From a bacterium (GTDB lineage: Bacteria > JACRDZ01 > JAQUKH01), in contig JAQUKH010000005.1 in NCBI GenBank assembly GCA_028719205.1, positions 1 to 64,000 on the forward strand: DNA of 64,000 bases, given 5' to 3'. The translations under genes were made by a program, and so were the position numbers. The first letter of the stretch is position 1; each line of letters starts with the position of its first letter. Positions 1 to 10,317 of the stretch are shown here, one piece after another. The notes beneath the pieces were generated by a model, which did no database searches, was not told the origin of the DNA, and saw only the letters and a list, made by a program, of their open reading frames with translations.

Positions 1-2181
1 TTCAATGATCGCCCACGCTATGCTTAATCCGTCAAACGTGCTCGTCCCCCGCCCGACTTCATCCAATATTATAAGGCTTTTTTCCGTAGCGTTATTCAGG
101 ATGTTCGCCGTCTCATTCATTTCCACCAGAAATGTGCTTTCCCCTTTAGCCAGGTTATCCATCGCGCCTATTCGCGTGAAAATCCGGTCCGTTAAACCGA
201 TCTCGGCCTCTTCCGCCGGCACAAAAGAACCGCAATGAGCCATAAGGGTAATTAACGCGACCTGGCGGATATACGTCGACTTCCCTGCCATATTGGGGCC
301 TGTTATGATCAATATCTGATCGGTCCCCGAATCCATCAAAGTATCATTGGAAATAAATTCTCCCAGATTGATTATTTTCTCAACAACCGGATGCCGACCT
401 TTTTTGATCATGATATTTTTATCTTTTGAAAGTTTCGGGCGAATATAATTATTCAAATAGGCCGTTAAAGCAAGCCCTGCCAATACATCCAATTCCCCGG
501 TAATATCCGCCAGCGCCTGGATAACAGCGGTATCCGGAACTATCAAAGCGCATACTTTTCTGAATATTTCCATTTCAAGGCGCGTTATCTTTTCTTCCGC
601 GCCCAGGATCTTTGACTCATAGTCCTTCAATTCGGGCGTGATGTAGCGTTCGCAATTTGCCAGTGTCTGTTTGCGGATATAATCAGCCGGTATCTGAGGA
701 AGGTTTGGATTGCTGACCTCGATATAATATCCGAATATCTGATTGAACCTTACTTTAAGGGACCTGATCTTTGATCTTTCTTTTTCTTTATTTTCATAAT
801 CGATTACCCAGTCTTTCCCTGAAGAGACGATCTCCAGAAGCTCATCCAGTTCCCTGTCATATCCTTTTTTTATTATCTTACCTTCCTTCAAACTCAGAGG
901 AACATCATCATTGATCGCGCTGTTGATAATTCCAATAATTTTTTGTATAACCCCGTTATTTTCTTCAATTTTAGTTTTAGCGTTTTTTATTGATCCGGAA
1001 CCGAATTTTTCAAGTTTGGCCGGCAGGTTACAAATGATCTTAAGTGATTCTTTCAGCGAGATCAGGTCGCGCGGGGTGACAATATTGATATTGTTCAGGC
1101 GACCTATGATCCTTTCAACATCATAGATATTTGAAATATCTTTCTGGAGGTTATCTCTTTCAATATTATTTTTTATTAACTCACCTATCGCGTCCATGCG
1201 CGCATTGATCAGATCTTCTTTAATCAGAGGATGCGTGAGCCAGAATCTCAACCTTCTTCCACCCATGGAAGTTTTTGTGTTATCCAGAATATCGAGCAGG
1301 CTTCCTTTTTTAGACCTTGTATTTACTGCCTCTGTTATCTCCAGATTTTTTTGCGTCCCGCTGTCCAGAATCATATAATCGGAAACATTGTATTCTTTTA
1401 AACCGGATATCTGCCCTAAATTTGATTTCTGGTTTTCCTGGACATAACCGAATAACGCCCCCGCGGAAGATATTGCCTCGTCCCATTCATCGCTTATTCC
1501 ATAACCTTTTAGCGAGTTTGTATGAAAGTGTTTTATTAACTTGCTATAAGCGTTTTCCCTGTCAAATTCCCAGTCATTCAGATATGTTAAAAATATTTTA
1601 GGGAAATCTTTTTGGAATTTTATCCCGAATTCTTCTTTCAGTCTTTCCGGCAGGACGCATTCGGACGGATTTAAGCGGCTTATTTCATTATTGAGTTTTG
1701 CGGATCTTTGGCTGCCTTTAAACTCAGCGCACTGGAATTCCCCCGTGGAAATATCTATAAAAGCCAAACCTGCTGAATCCTCTGAAAAAGATAATGCCGT
1801 CAGAAAATTATTTTTTGAACCATCAAGCATTCCCGATTCAAGGATCGTTCCAGGGGTTATAATCCTGACAACTTCTCTTCTTACCACACCCTTGGCCGTT
1901 TTTGGATCCTCGATCTGTTCGCATACCGCGACCTTGAATCCCTCTTTTATCAAACGCGCGATATATGAAGCCGCCGCGTGATAAGGTACCCCGGCTAACG
2001 GCACTTTACTGCCCTGCCCCGCGTCCCTGCTGGTTAACGTTATTTCTAATACTTTCGAAGCTATCTTAGCGTCTTCATTGAACATTTCATAAAAATCACC
2101 CAACCTGTACAATAATATAGCGTCCTTGTGATTATCCTTTATCTTCTGATATTGCCGCATCATCGGGGTAAGCGCTTCCAT
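1..2181 (-). CDS. mutS: DNA mismatch repair protein MutS (3' end runs off the window start)
   Basis: Minus strand from 2181 reads MEALTPMMRQYQKIKDNHKDAILLYRLGDFYEMF. Near the window start it reads ITGPNMAGKSTYIRQVAL and DEVGRGTSTFDG. Missing from the ORF track because it has no stop in the window. Confidence 0.97.
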   Translation of the reverse strand, partial: MEALTPMMRQYQKIKDNHKDAILLYRLGDFYEMFNEDAKIASKVLEITLTSRDAGQGSKVPLAGVPYHAAASYIARLIKEGFKVAVCEQIEDPKTAKGVVRREVVRIITPGTILESGMLDGSKNNFLTALSFSEDSAGLAFIDISTGEFQCAEFKGSQRSAKLNNEISRLNPSECVLPERLKEEFGIKFQKDFPKIFLTYLNDWEFDRENAYSKLIKHFHTNSLKGYGISDEWDEAISSAGALFGYVQENQKSNLGQISGLKEYNVSDYMILDSGTQKNLEITEAVNTRSKKGSLLDILDNTKTSMGGRRLRFWLTHPLIKEDLINARMDAIGELIKNNIERDNLQKDISNIYDVERIIGRLNNINIVTPRDLISLKESLKIICNLPAKLEKFGSGSIKNAKTKIEENNGVIQKIIGIINSAINDDVPLSLKEGKIIKKGYDRELDELLEIVSSGKDWVIDYENKEKERSKIRSLKVRFNQIFGYYIEVSNPNLPQIPADYIRKQTLANCERYITPELKDYESKILGAEEKITRLEMEIFRKVCALIVPDTAVIQALADITGELDVLAGLALTAYLNNYIRPKLSKDKNIMIKKGRHPVVEKIINLGEFISNDTLMDSGTDQILIITGPNMAGKSTYIRQVALITLMAHCGSFVPAEEAEIGLTDRIFTRIGAMDNLAKGESTFLVEMNETANILNNATEKSLIILDEVGRGTSTFDGLSIAWAIIE

Positions 2182-2189
2182 AGGAGGGA

Positions 2190-3257
2190 TCACTCTTTAT
2201 TTTTTTTAATGAATATTTCATCTATCTTATTAAATATCGCCAGGGCTTCTTCTCTTTTGCCGCTTTTGATATATATCAGATATAAATTTTTATATGCCTG
2301 TCCCAAATTACTTTTATTCTTGACGACCTCAAGATATAAATTTATCGCTCTTTCTTTCTGGCCCATTTTTTCATATATCTCGCCAAGCGCGAAATTTATC
2401 TCCGGGATATTCGGATATTTCGCGAGCATTTCCTCATAAAAAGAGATCATCTTTTCAAATTCCTGTTCTTCAAAATACGCGTCCTCTAACTTTTTAGCGA
2501 TCTTAGGAAGGCTATGCGGGTCAAGATTAATTACTGTCTGCCATTCTTCAATAGCTTTATGGATCTTTTCTTCACTATAATAAATATTCCCTAGACCAAT
2601 ATGACCGTTAATGCACTCATCATGCAGGGCAATAGCCTCTTTATAACATTTCATAGCCTCTTTATGATCCTGTTTCTTCAGGTAATTATCGCCGATAGAA
2701 CTCATAATACAAGCCAATTCCTTTTTATCCTGAGAATTTTGAAGCTTCAGGATTCTTTTCTGTACTTCATACACTTCTTCCCACTTATCCAGCTTTTTAA
2801 GAATATTTTTTAATGAAATATTTGACCCGAGATCCTTAATGCCGAATCCCATAAGTTTATTTACAATATTATTGATCTTATCCCAATCTTTATTGCTTAC
2901 CAGAATATAATCGTTCAAAAGGCAGAAATACGTTTTAATAAGCATTTCCTTGGAAATTGTCTGCCTCAGGGTAATTCCTTCGTGGATCTTTATCGCTTTT
3001 TCAAGATTACCTTTTTTTCTGTAGATATCGCCTAATTTCAAATACGCCTCTACGTGATCGGTATCCAAAACCACAACCTGTTTTAAAGCGACAACCCCTG
3101 CATTGAGATTTTGTTCAATAATTAAATTCAGGGCTTTGACATAATAATCACTGGCCTCTTTTTTGTTTTTGTTCTTTAATCTCTGTATTTGCCAATTTTT
3201 ATGAAAAATGATCCAGCCGAGAAAAAAACCTAATACCAGAAATCCCAATTGAGGCAT
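2190..3257 (-). CDS. lapB: LPS assembly protein LapB-like TPR protein
   Basis: N-terminal TM helix, YVKALNLII, LGDIYRKKGNLEKAIKIHE and TPR repeats; directly downstream of a lapA-like gene. Confidence 0.75.
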   Translation of the reverse strand: MPQLGFLVLGFFLGWIIFHKNWQIQRLKNKNKKEASDYYVKALNLIIEQNLNAGVVALKQVVVLDTDHVEAYLKLGDIYRKKGNLEKAIKIHEGITLRQTISKEMLIKTYFCLLNDYILVSNKDWDKINNIVNKLMGFGIKDLGSNISLKNILKKLDKWEEVYEVQKRILKLQNSQDKKELACIMSSIGDNYLKKQDHKEAMKCYKEAIALHDECINGHIGLGNIYYSEEKIHKAIEEWQTVINLDPHSLPKIAKKLEDAYFEEQEFEKMISFYEEMLAKYPNIPEINFALGEIYEKMGQKERAINLYLEVVKNKSNLGQAYKNLYLIYIKSGKREEALAIFNKIDEIFIKKNKE

Positions 3258-3572
3258 TTACTCTTCTCCTTCTTTAGTGAATTCCTCTGTTTCCATAATA
3301 TCTATATTACGAAAAGATTTTAATTCTTCATTTTGTTTTTCTATCAGGTCCTCCAGGCGTTTTATCTCCCGGGACAATTTGAACTGGCGCATAACTCCGA
3401 TAAGGCTGACTATCACCATACCCACGATCATCGAAATAATTATTATAAAGACTAACGGAACTTCCGGAGAATGGTAGCCGAACATATGTATAGTAATAAG
3501 ATTTGGATTCTGGATACCTAAAACTACAAAGATCAGGACCAAAATAAATAAAAATATTACTTTTAATTCCAT
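3258..3572 (-). CDS. lapA: LPS assembly protein LapA family
   Basis: Two TM helices with QN motif and PLVFIIIISMIVG, then a coiled coil; adjacent to lapB. Confidence 0.75.
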   Translation of the reverse strand: MELKVIFLFILVLIFVVLGIQNPNLITIHMFGYHSPEVPLVFIIIISMIVGMVIVSLIGVMRQFKLSREIKRLEDLIEKQNEELKSFRNIDIMETEEFTKEGEE

Positions 3573-3604
3573 AATTATCCTCCATTAAAACTGATTACCT
3601 TCCT

Positions 3605-5851
3605 CTAAACGCCGCTCTTTTCTGTCCATGTACAATCAGGATTTGAACATCTTGAAATATTTCCGGACTTGTTAAACTTTTCCAGAATATAAGCCGCCCC
3701 GCATACAGGACAGGGTTTTGCCACCGGTTTATCCCAGGATACGAATTTGCACGCGGGATACTTGCTGCACCCGAAAAACATCCTGCCTTTTCCTGAACGC
3801 CTCTGGATTATTTTACCGGAACATCCCGCTTCAGGGCAATTCATTCCTATTTCCTGCAATATCGGTTTTGTAGTTTTACATTCCGGGTAATTGGAACACG
3901 CCAAAAACTTCCCAAAGCGTCCTACTTTAACCACCATGGGTTTCCCGCAATTCTGGCAAACTTCCAGAGAAACCTCTTCTTTTGCCACTGTTTCGTTTTT
4001 TTCATCCCATGGTTTCGCGTTACGGCAGGCAGGAAAATTAGAGCAAGCCAGGAACTTCCCGCGCCTTCCCCATTTCACAACCATCGTCCCGCCGCATTTC
4101 TCACATACTATATCGGTAACTTTCTCCTGTTCCTTCTTAACATTTCTCATAGTATCTTCAGCTTTGTTCAAATTATTAACAAAAACTTTATAGAATTCTT
4201 CCAATACCTTCTGCCAGGGAACCTCGCCCTCCTCGATTTTATCCAGATTGCTCTCCATGTTGGCCGTAAAAGCGACCTCAACAACATCGGGGAAACTTGT
4301 CACTAATAATCCGTTAACGATCTTACCTAATTCCGCGGGGAAAAGCCTTTTTTCCTCTTTCCCGACATAACCCCTATCCTGTACCGTTCCGACTATTGAC
4401 GCGTAAGTACTTGGACGTCCGATCCCTTTATCTTCAAGCTCTTTGATCAATGTAGCTTCAGTATACCGGGAAGGCGGTTTCGTAAAATGCTGGCCGGGTT
4501 TAACATCTAACAATTTTAACAATTCATTTTTAGTTAAGACCGGAAGCCTGCCGGTTTTATCTTCTTCACTCTCATCTTTTTTTTCTTCATATAGAACAGT
4601 AAAACCCTTAAATTTTTCCACCAGTCCCGTAGCCCGGAATAAAAACCTCCCTGCCTTTATGGTTACAGTTGTCTGGTCATAAATTGCCGGGCTCATTTGT
4701 GAAGCGACAAATCTTTCCCAGATCAATTTATATATTTTGTATTGATCCTGGGACAAATATTGTTTTATTTCATCAGGAATAAACCTGCAGGATGTAGGCC
4801 TTATAGCCTCATGAGCGTCCTGAACGTTTGCTTTTTCCTTGCGTTTTATGATCTCGGTTAATACATATTCATTCCCGAATTTTTCTTTTATGAACTCAAC
4901 TGTCTCCTTAACTGCCTCAGGGGAGACCCTGATGGAATCAGTCCTCATATATGTTATAAGGCCTACAGGCCCCTGTTCCCCTATTTCCAATCCTTCATAT
5001 AAATTCTGCGCAAACAGCATTGTCTTTTTGGCTGAAAAACCAAATCTCCTGAATGCTTCCTGCTGCAGGCTGCTTGTAATGAATGGCGCAGGCGAATTTT
5101 TCTTCTTTTCTTTAATATTAATATCTTCAATTATATAAGTTTCTTTTTTTAATTCCTCAACAATTGGAGTTACTTCATCCTGTTTTGCAAGCTCGCTCTT
5201 TTTGCCGTTTATTTTATAAAGTTCAGCTTCAAATTTTTCCGCTTCTTTCCCCGAAGACGGCAGTACTGAAATCGTAATAGTCCAGTATTCCTGCGCGACA
5301 AATTTTTCTATTTCTACCTCCCGCTCGCAGATCAAACGCACCGCGACAGACTGAACCCTTCCGGCGCTTAAACCTTTCTGAACTTTTTTCCAGAGCAGCG
5401 GGCTTATTTTATAACCGACCAGCCTGTCTAAAATCCTCCTTGCCTGCTGGGCATTAACCCTGTTAAGATTTATTTCTCCGGGATTGTCAACACCCTGTAA
5501 TATAGCTTTTTTAGTTATTTCATTAAAATTCACCCGGAAAATATTTATTTTATCGCCGCCAAGCTCCTGTGCCAAATGCCAGGCGATCGCCTCCCCCTCC
5601 CTGTCAGGGTCAGGCGCTAAATAAACGTTTTTAGATTTTTTGGCCAGGGCTTTTAGTTCCTTTAAAAGCTTTTCCCTGCCCTTAATAACCTTATACTGCG
5701 GTTCAAAATTATTATCCACATCGACGCCTAATTTTGTTTTAGGCAGATCCTTTATATGCCCCATTGAAGATTTTACAATAAAATCATTGCCTAAATATTT
5801 GTTTATTGTTTTAGCCTTTGCGGGGGATTCTACGATCAATAACTTTGCCAT
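3605..5851 (-). CDS. topA: DNA topoisomerase I
   Basis: LIVESPAKAKTI, DPDREGEAIAWH, SAGRVQS, ITYMRTDS and C-terminal C4 zinc ribbons. Confidence 0.98.
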   Translation of the reverse strand: MAKLLIVESPAKAKTINKYLGNDFIVKSSMGHIKDLPKTKLGVDVDNNFEPQYKVIKGREKLLKELKALAKKSKNVYLAPDPDREGEAIAWHLAQELGGDKINIFRVNFNEITKKAILQGVDNPGEINLNRVNAQQARRILDRLVGYKISPLLWKKVQKGLSAGRVQSVAVRLICEREVEIEKFVAQEYWTITISVLPSSGKEAEKFEAELYKINGKKSELAKQDEVTPIVEELKKETYIIEDINIKEKKKNSPAPFITSSLQQEAFRRFGFSAKKTMLFAQNLYEGLEIGEQGPVGLITYMRTDSIRVSPEAVKETVEFIKEKFGNEYVLTEIIKRKEKANVQDAHEAIRPTSCRFIPDEIKQYLSQDQYKIYKLIWERFVASQMSPAIYDQTTVTIKAGRFLFRATGLVEKFKGFTVLYEEKKDESEEDKTGRLPVLTKNELLKLLDVKPGQHFTKPPSRYTEATLIKELEDKGIGRPSTYASIVGTVQDRGYVGKEEKRLFPAELGKIVNGLLVTSFPDVVEVAFTANMESNLDKIEEGEVPWQKVLEEFYKVFVNNLNKAEDTMRNVKKEQEKVTDIVCEKCGGTMVVKWGRRGKFLACSNFPACRNAKPWDEKNETVAKEEVSLEVCQNCGKPMVVKVGRFGKFLACSNYPECKTTKPILQEIGMNCPEAGCSGKIIQRRSGKGRMFFGCSKYPACKFVSWDKPVAKPCPVCGAAYILEKFNKSGNISRCSNPDCTWTEKSGV

Positions 5852-5868
5852 TTCTTTCCTTCCCTGAT

Positions 5869-6957
5869 TTAAATTTGCTTAACAAACATCTTACCAGCTG
5901 TTTGTTTAACCAGCCCTTTCAGTTCCAATTGCGTTAAAACACCCAAAACCTTCTGGATCGTATCATCTAATTCTCTGCAAATAAGGTCAATATGCTTTGG
6001 TTCATCTGATAAAATTGAAACGACCTTCTTTTCATCTTCATTTACCGATAAAGTTTTATTATAAACCAAATTACTTATTTGATCTTTATTAATATTAAAT
6101 TCTTCCAGAACATCAAAGACATTATCTATTAGTTTAGCCCCTTGTTTAATTAAAACATGCGCGCCTTTATTTTGCTCCGAAAAGGCTTTACCGGGAACGG
6201 CAAAAACATCCCTTCCCTGCTCCAGCGCCAATCCCGCCGTAATTAAAGACCCGCTTTTTAGCCCCGCCTCAACAACTATCGTTCCTTTTGTTAACCCGCT
6301 TATTATCCTGTTTCTCCTCGGGAAATTGGAGAAAAAAGGCCTTGTTGATAGCGGGAATTCTGAAATAACCGCGCCGCTTTCAGAAATACTATCAGCAAGT
6401 GAACGGTTTTCAGGAGGATAAATAACATCCACACCTGAACCTAACACGGCTATAGTCCTTCCTTTTGCCTTCAAAGCGCCGCTGTGCACCGCGGAATCAA
6501 TTCCTCTCGCCAGGCCGCTTACTATAGTAAATCCGCATTTAGCAAGATCATATGAAAACTTTTCCGCGACATCTATTCCGTAAGAAGAAGCCTTGCGCGC
6601 CCCTACTATACTTAATGAAAATTTATCCTCTTTTAAAAGCTTGCCTCTGATATACAGAACAACGGGAGGATCAGAGATCTCCTTTAAAAATTCGGGATAT
6701 TCTTTATCACTTAAGGCAATAAAATAAAACTTCCGCCTCTCCAGTTCTTTTAATTCTTTTTTTAAAATCGGTTCAATTTTTTCTATTCTTAAATTTTCCA
6801 ATAGGTCTTCTTTTGAACCGATTACTTTTGAAAGCTCCTTGCTATCTTTTGAAAAAATATTTTTAGCCGTTCCAAAGGCGTTTACCAGCTTTCTTATTTT
6901 ATCTACTCCTAATCCGGGAACTAAATTCAGGGACAGCCAATATTCCCTTTCATCCAT
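5869..6957 (-). CDS. dprA: DNA-processing protein DprA
   Basis: IVSGLARGIDS, FPRRNRIISGL and SGSLITA; conserved dprA-topA synteny. Confidence 0.97.
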   Translation of the reverse strand: MDEREYWLSLNLVPGLGVDKIRKLVNAFGTAKNIFSKDSKELSKVIGSKEDLLENLRIEKIEPILKKELKELERRKFYFIALSDKEYPEFLKEISDPPVVLYIRGKLLKEDKFSLSIVGARKASSYGIDVAEKFSYDLAKCGFTIVSGLARGIDSAVHSGALKAKGRTIAVLGSGVDVIYPPENRSLADSISESGAVISEFPLSTRPFFSNFPRRNRIISGLTKGTIVVEAGLKSGSLITAGLALEQGRDVFAVPGKAFSEQNKGAHVLIKQGAKLIDNVFDVLEEFNINKDQISNLVYNKTLSVNEDEKKVVSILSDEPKHIDLICRELDDTIQKVLGVLTQLELKGLVKQTAGKMFVKQI

Positions 6958-7443
6958 CTACTTTGTCTCCCAGATAACTTTTGAAATAAACTTATTAACC
7001 AGGTTCCTGTTCGACTTCTGGATATAAGCTACTTCTTCAAGCAAATTATGATAAAGACGGGTCCATACCTCTTTTTCTTTTGTTGTAAATTCATTTTCTT
7101 CTTTATTTTGCCAGTACAGGTCTTTTATTATATCAGGTATTGCGAACGGATCGCCTTTTTTCATAAGGCCAATATAATTCGCGTACCTTTCCGTCCAGAC
7201 GGTACTTCCTGTTAAAACAACAGATTTTTTTAACTGGTCAATGAACGCCGCAAGTTCCTCTTCTGTCTTAATTGCCCTTATTCCTAATTCCGCGGAACGT
7301 TCAACGGGAGCCATTATCTTTGTTCCTTTGGTATTAAACACATAAAATTGTTCTTTTTTCCCGGAAAACTCCGTTGATTCAATTTCATCTATACGGACAA
7401 TCCCATATAACGGGTAAAATACATCCTGATCTACTTGAAACAT
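6958..7443 (-). CDS. CarD family transcription factor (divergent)
   Basis: FQVDQDVFYPLYGIVRI N-terminus, IMAPV...GIR, and the conserved Trp in WTERY. Confidence 0.8.
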   Translation of the reverse strand: MFQVDQDVFYPLYGIVRIDEIESTEFSGKKEQFYVFNTKGTKIMAPVERSAELGIRAIKTEEELAAFIDQLKKSVVLTGSTVWTERYANYIGLMKKGDPFAIPDIIKDLYWQNKEENEFTTKEKEVWTRLYHNLLEEVAYIQKSNRNLVNKFISKVIWETK

Positions 7444-7465
7444 AATTCCTCCTTGAAATTTTCAT

Positions 7466-8059
7466 TTATTTTTTTCTGCTACCCGGCTTATCGACCGGTA
7501 TTCCTTTTTTACATAAGGGACATTCAGCCTGTGTAAATTTTTTAACATCTAAAGTAACTAAAACTTCTTTTCTTACCCCGAAGTCAACCTTACCGCCGCT
7601 TCGATCAACGATCGATCCGACACCGACAATTTTCGCCCCTCCATTTTTTGCTAATTCTATAACTTCCTTTATTGACCCTCCTGTCGTAATAACATCTTCT
7701 ACAACTAAAACCTTTTCTCCTTTTTTAATAGAAAATCCGCGCCGAAGGGCCATTTTATCATCCACTCTTTCAGTAAATATTACCCGCAAACCCTTCTTAT
7801 TTTTTTGGTCCAGATAATCCCCGATTGCGCACGCTATCACTATTCCTCCTATCGCAGGGGCAATAACAGCGTCAATTTCTTCATTTAAAAATCTTTCGCC
7901 GATCAACTCTCCCAGTAATCTTGCGTACTTTGGATCCTGCAAAACAAGCGCGCATTGGAAATAACTATCGCTGTGAAACCCGGAGGTTAAAGCAAAATGT
8001 CCCGACAACAACGCGTTTGTTTCCCTAAAGATTTTTAAAAGTTTATCTTGTAATTCCAT
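7466..8059 (-). CDS. pyrE: Orotate phosphoribosyltransferase
   Basis: GHFALTSGFHS and VEDVITTGGS PRPP motif; next to pyrF. Confidence 0.95.
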   Translation of the reverse strand: MELQDKLLKIFRETNALLSGHFALTSGFHSDSYFQCALVLQDPKYARLLGELIGERFLNEEIDAVIAPAIGGIVIACAIGDYLDQKNKKGLRVIFTERVDDKMALRRGFSIKKGEKVLVVEDVITTGGSIKEVIELAKNGGAKIVGVGSIVDRSGGKVDFGVRKEVLVTLDVKKFTQAECPLCKKGIPVDKPGSRKK

Positions 8060-8115
8060 TTATTTCCTTCCTGACTTCGCACTTTCGCGCTTCCGTTCTT
8101 CCGAGCTGAACTTAT

Positions 8116-8829
8116 TCATACATCAGATTCTTCAATTTCATTTAATATCTTTCTTATTACCGCCAACTTATCTTTTGCTTCTAATATCGGCCTGCCGACA
8201 ACAAGATATGATGCCCCGTTCTTTATTGCCTTTGACGGCGTATCTGTTCTTTTCTGATCGTTCAATGAATCACCTGCCAGACGGATGCCCGGAGTAACGA
8301 TCTTAAAATCAGGCCCGCATTTTTTTCTTATTTCCAGGCATTCCCTGCTTGATGAAACAACTCCATCCAACCCGCATTCTTTTGCCAATCCGGCTAAACG
8401 CAATACAAATTCTTCAGATGAATAATTTATCCCCATTTCACGGAGATAATTCACATCAAGGCTTGTTAAAAGAGTAACACCAACAATCAATGGCGCTCGG
8501 CCGCTTTTTTCTCCCGCTGTTTTAGCGGCCTCCACCGCCCGGATCATCATTTCTCTGCCGCCCGTAGTATGAACAGTCAGCATATCCGCGCCGAGAACCG
8601 CCGCCTCTTTTATCGCCGACGCCACAGTATTTGGTATATCATTAAATTTCAGGTCAAGAAAAACCTTCCCGCCGTTCTTCTGTACCAGCTTAACTATAGA
8701 CGGCCCGCAGGCAGTAAATAACTGGCTTCCTATCTTATAGAACTTAATGAGATCCTTTACTTCATTAATTATCTCTTCCGCCTTTTTAAGGCTATCTGTA
8801 TCCAGCGCTAAAATTAATTTATTATTCAT
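8116..8829 (-). CDS. pyrF: Orotidine-5'-phosphate decarboxylase
   Basis: FLDLKFNDIPNTV, VTPGIR and VVGRPI. Confidence 0.97.
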   Translation of the reverse strand: MNNKLILALDTDSLKKAEEIINEVKDLIKFYKIGSQLFTACGPSIVKLVQKNGGKVFLDLKFNDIPNTVASAIKEAAVLGADMLTVHTTGGREMMIRAVEAAKTAGEKSGRAPLIVGVTLLTSLDVNYLREMGINYSSEEFVLRLAGLAKECGLDGVVSSSRECLEIRKKCGPDFKIVTPGIRLAGDSLNDQKRTDTPSKAIKNGASYLVVGRPILEAKDKLAVIRKILNEIEESDV

Positions 8830-8831
8830 AA

Positions 8832-9635
8832 TTAAAAACTATGTTTATCCTTGTCAGGAAACTTGCCATTTTTAACTTCCTGGCTGAACGCCAAAAAGGC
8901 GTTTGTTATTTCTTTATCCAGGTCCGCGTATTTTTTAACAAATTTCGGTAAAAATTTTGAAAATAAGCCCAGCATATCATAAGTAACTAAAACCTGGCCA
9001 TCACAAAATGGCCCGGCCCCGATCCCGATAGTCGGTATAGATATGCTCGCGGTGATCTTTTTAGCGAGCTCTAATGGTATCTTTTCCAGAACGATAGCAA
9101 ACACTCCCAATTTTTCAAGCTCTTTTGCGTCAGAAATAATTTTCTGAGCCTCTTTTTTATCCACTCCCCGGGTTTTATAACTTCCAAACTGATTAATAGC
9201 CTGCGGGGTTAATCCCAAATGACCCATAACCGGTATATCCGCTTTAATGATCGAAGATATGATATCGGATATTTCAGCGCCGCCTTCAACCTTAACCGCG
9301 CTTGCCCCGCCTTCCTGTATCATTCTTCCCGCGTTGCGGACTGCTTCTTCTTTTGAAATCTTATAGGACAAAAAGGGCATATCGGCTACAATCAAGCTTT
9401 TTTTATTACCCCTGACTACCGCCTTTGTATGATAAATAATATCATTAACGGTAACAGGCAGTGTATTATCATATCCAAGGACTACATTACCTAATGAATC
9501 GCCGATAAGCACCACTTCTATCCCCGCTTTTTCCGTTATATAAGATATTGGATAATCATAAGCAGTCAACATAGTGATCTTCTCACCCTTTTGCTTCATT
9601 TCCATCAAAGTTGCTGTTGTGACCTTTTTTTCCAT
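8832..9635 (-). CDS. panB: 3-methyl-2-oxobutanoate hydroxymethyltransferase
   Basis: MLTAYDY, IGDSLGNV, ADMPFLSY and GHLGLTPQ. Confidence 0.97.
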   Translation of the reverse strand: MEKKVTTATLMEMKQKGEKITMLTAYDYPISYITEKAGIEVVLIGDSLGNVVLGYDNTLPVTVNDIIYHTKAVVRGNKKSLIVADMPFLSYKISKEEAVRNAGRMIQEGGASAVKVEGGAEISDIISSIIKADIPVMGHLGLTPQAINQFGSYKTRGVDKKEAQKIISDAKELEKLGVFAIVLEKIPLELAKKITASISIPTIGIGAGPFCDGQVLVTYDMLGLFSKFLPKFVKKYADLDKEITNAFLAFSQEVKNGKFPDKDKHSF

Positions 9636-9636
9636 A

Positions 9637-10281
9637 TTATCTCCTCTTTGACACCGGCACGTAATATTTCTTTCCTTTTCCCATTTCCTTTATTTCTTTA
9701 ACCAGATTATCCAGATCCTCATGGCTATTAACAAAATCTATCTCATTCGTATTAATAACAAGAAGCGGAGTTTCGCTGTAATGAAAGAAAAAATTATTAA
9801 AAGCCTGGTTTACCGCCTCAAGATATCCCTGAGAGATATTTTGCTCAAAAACTATCCCGCGTGTTTTTATCCTCTCAATCAGGTTTTCAGTGCTTACCTG
9901 TAAAAACACCACCAGATCAGGAAGTATTACTTTCTTTTTTAATAACGAATGAAGATGCCTGTACATCGACATTTCATCTTCGTCCAGATTCAAATGCGCG
10001 AATATTTCATCCCTTTCAAAAAGATAATCACTTATTGTGATCCGTTCAAAAAGATCCTGCTGTTGCAATTCCATCTGCTGCTGATAACGGCTTAACAAAA
10101 AAAACACCTGTGTCTGAAAAGCAAATTGTTCCGGATTCTTATAAAATTTTTCCAGAAAAGGATTTTCACTCGCGTTTTCCAAAACAAGTTTTGCGTGCAA
10201 TTTATCTGTCAGCAATTTTGCTAAACTCGTTTTTCCCGCGCCGATCGCCCCTTCAATAGCTATATATCTTAATTGCTCCAT
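9637..10281 (-). CDS. Deoxynucleoside kinase
   Basis: IAIEGAIGAGKTSLA P-loop and FQTQVFFLLSRY; typical folK-dNK-panB synteny. Confidence 0.92.
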   Translation of the reverse strand: MEQLRYIAIEGAIGAGKTSLAKLLTDKLHAKLVLENASENPFLEKFYKNPEQFAFQTQVFFLLSRYQQQMELQQQDLFERITISDYLFERDEIFAHLNLDEDEMSMYRHLHSLLKKKVILPDLVVFLQVSTENLIERIKTRGIVFEQNISQGYLEAVNQAFNNFFFHYSETPLLVINTNEIDFVNSHEDLDNLVKEIKEMGKGKKYYVPVSKRR

Positions 10282-10317
10282 AATTATTCTGCGCGATGCT
10301 AAAAATCTGTGTAATGT

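Noticed and set aside
5..2439. Several plus-strand ORFs of 60-103 aa in the ORF track
   Set aside because: They are antisense shadows of mutS and lapB. The same applies to the many short ORFs opposite topA, rpsA, the thi genes and others.
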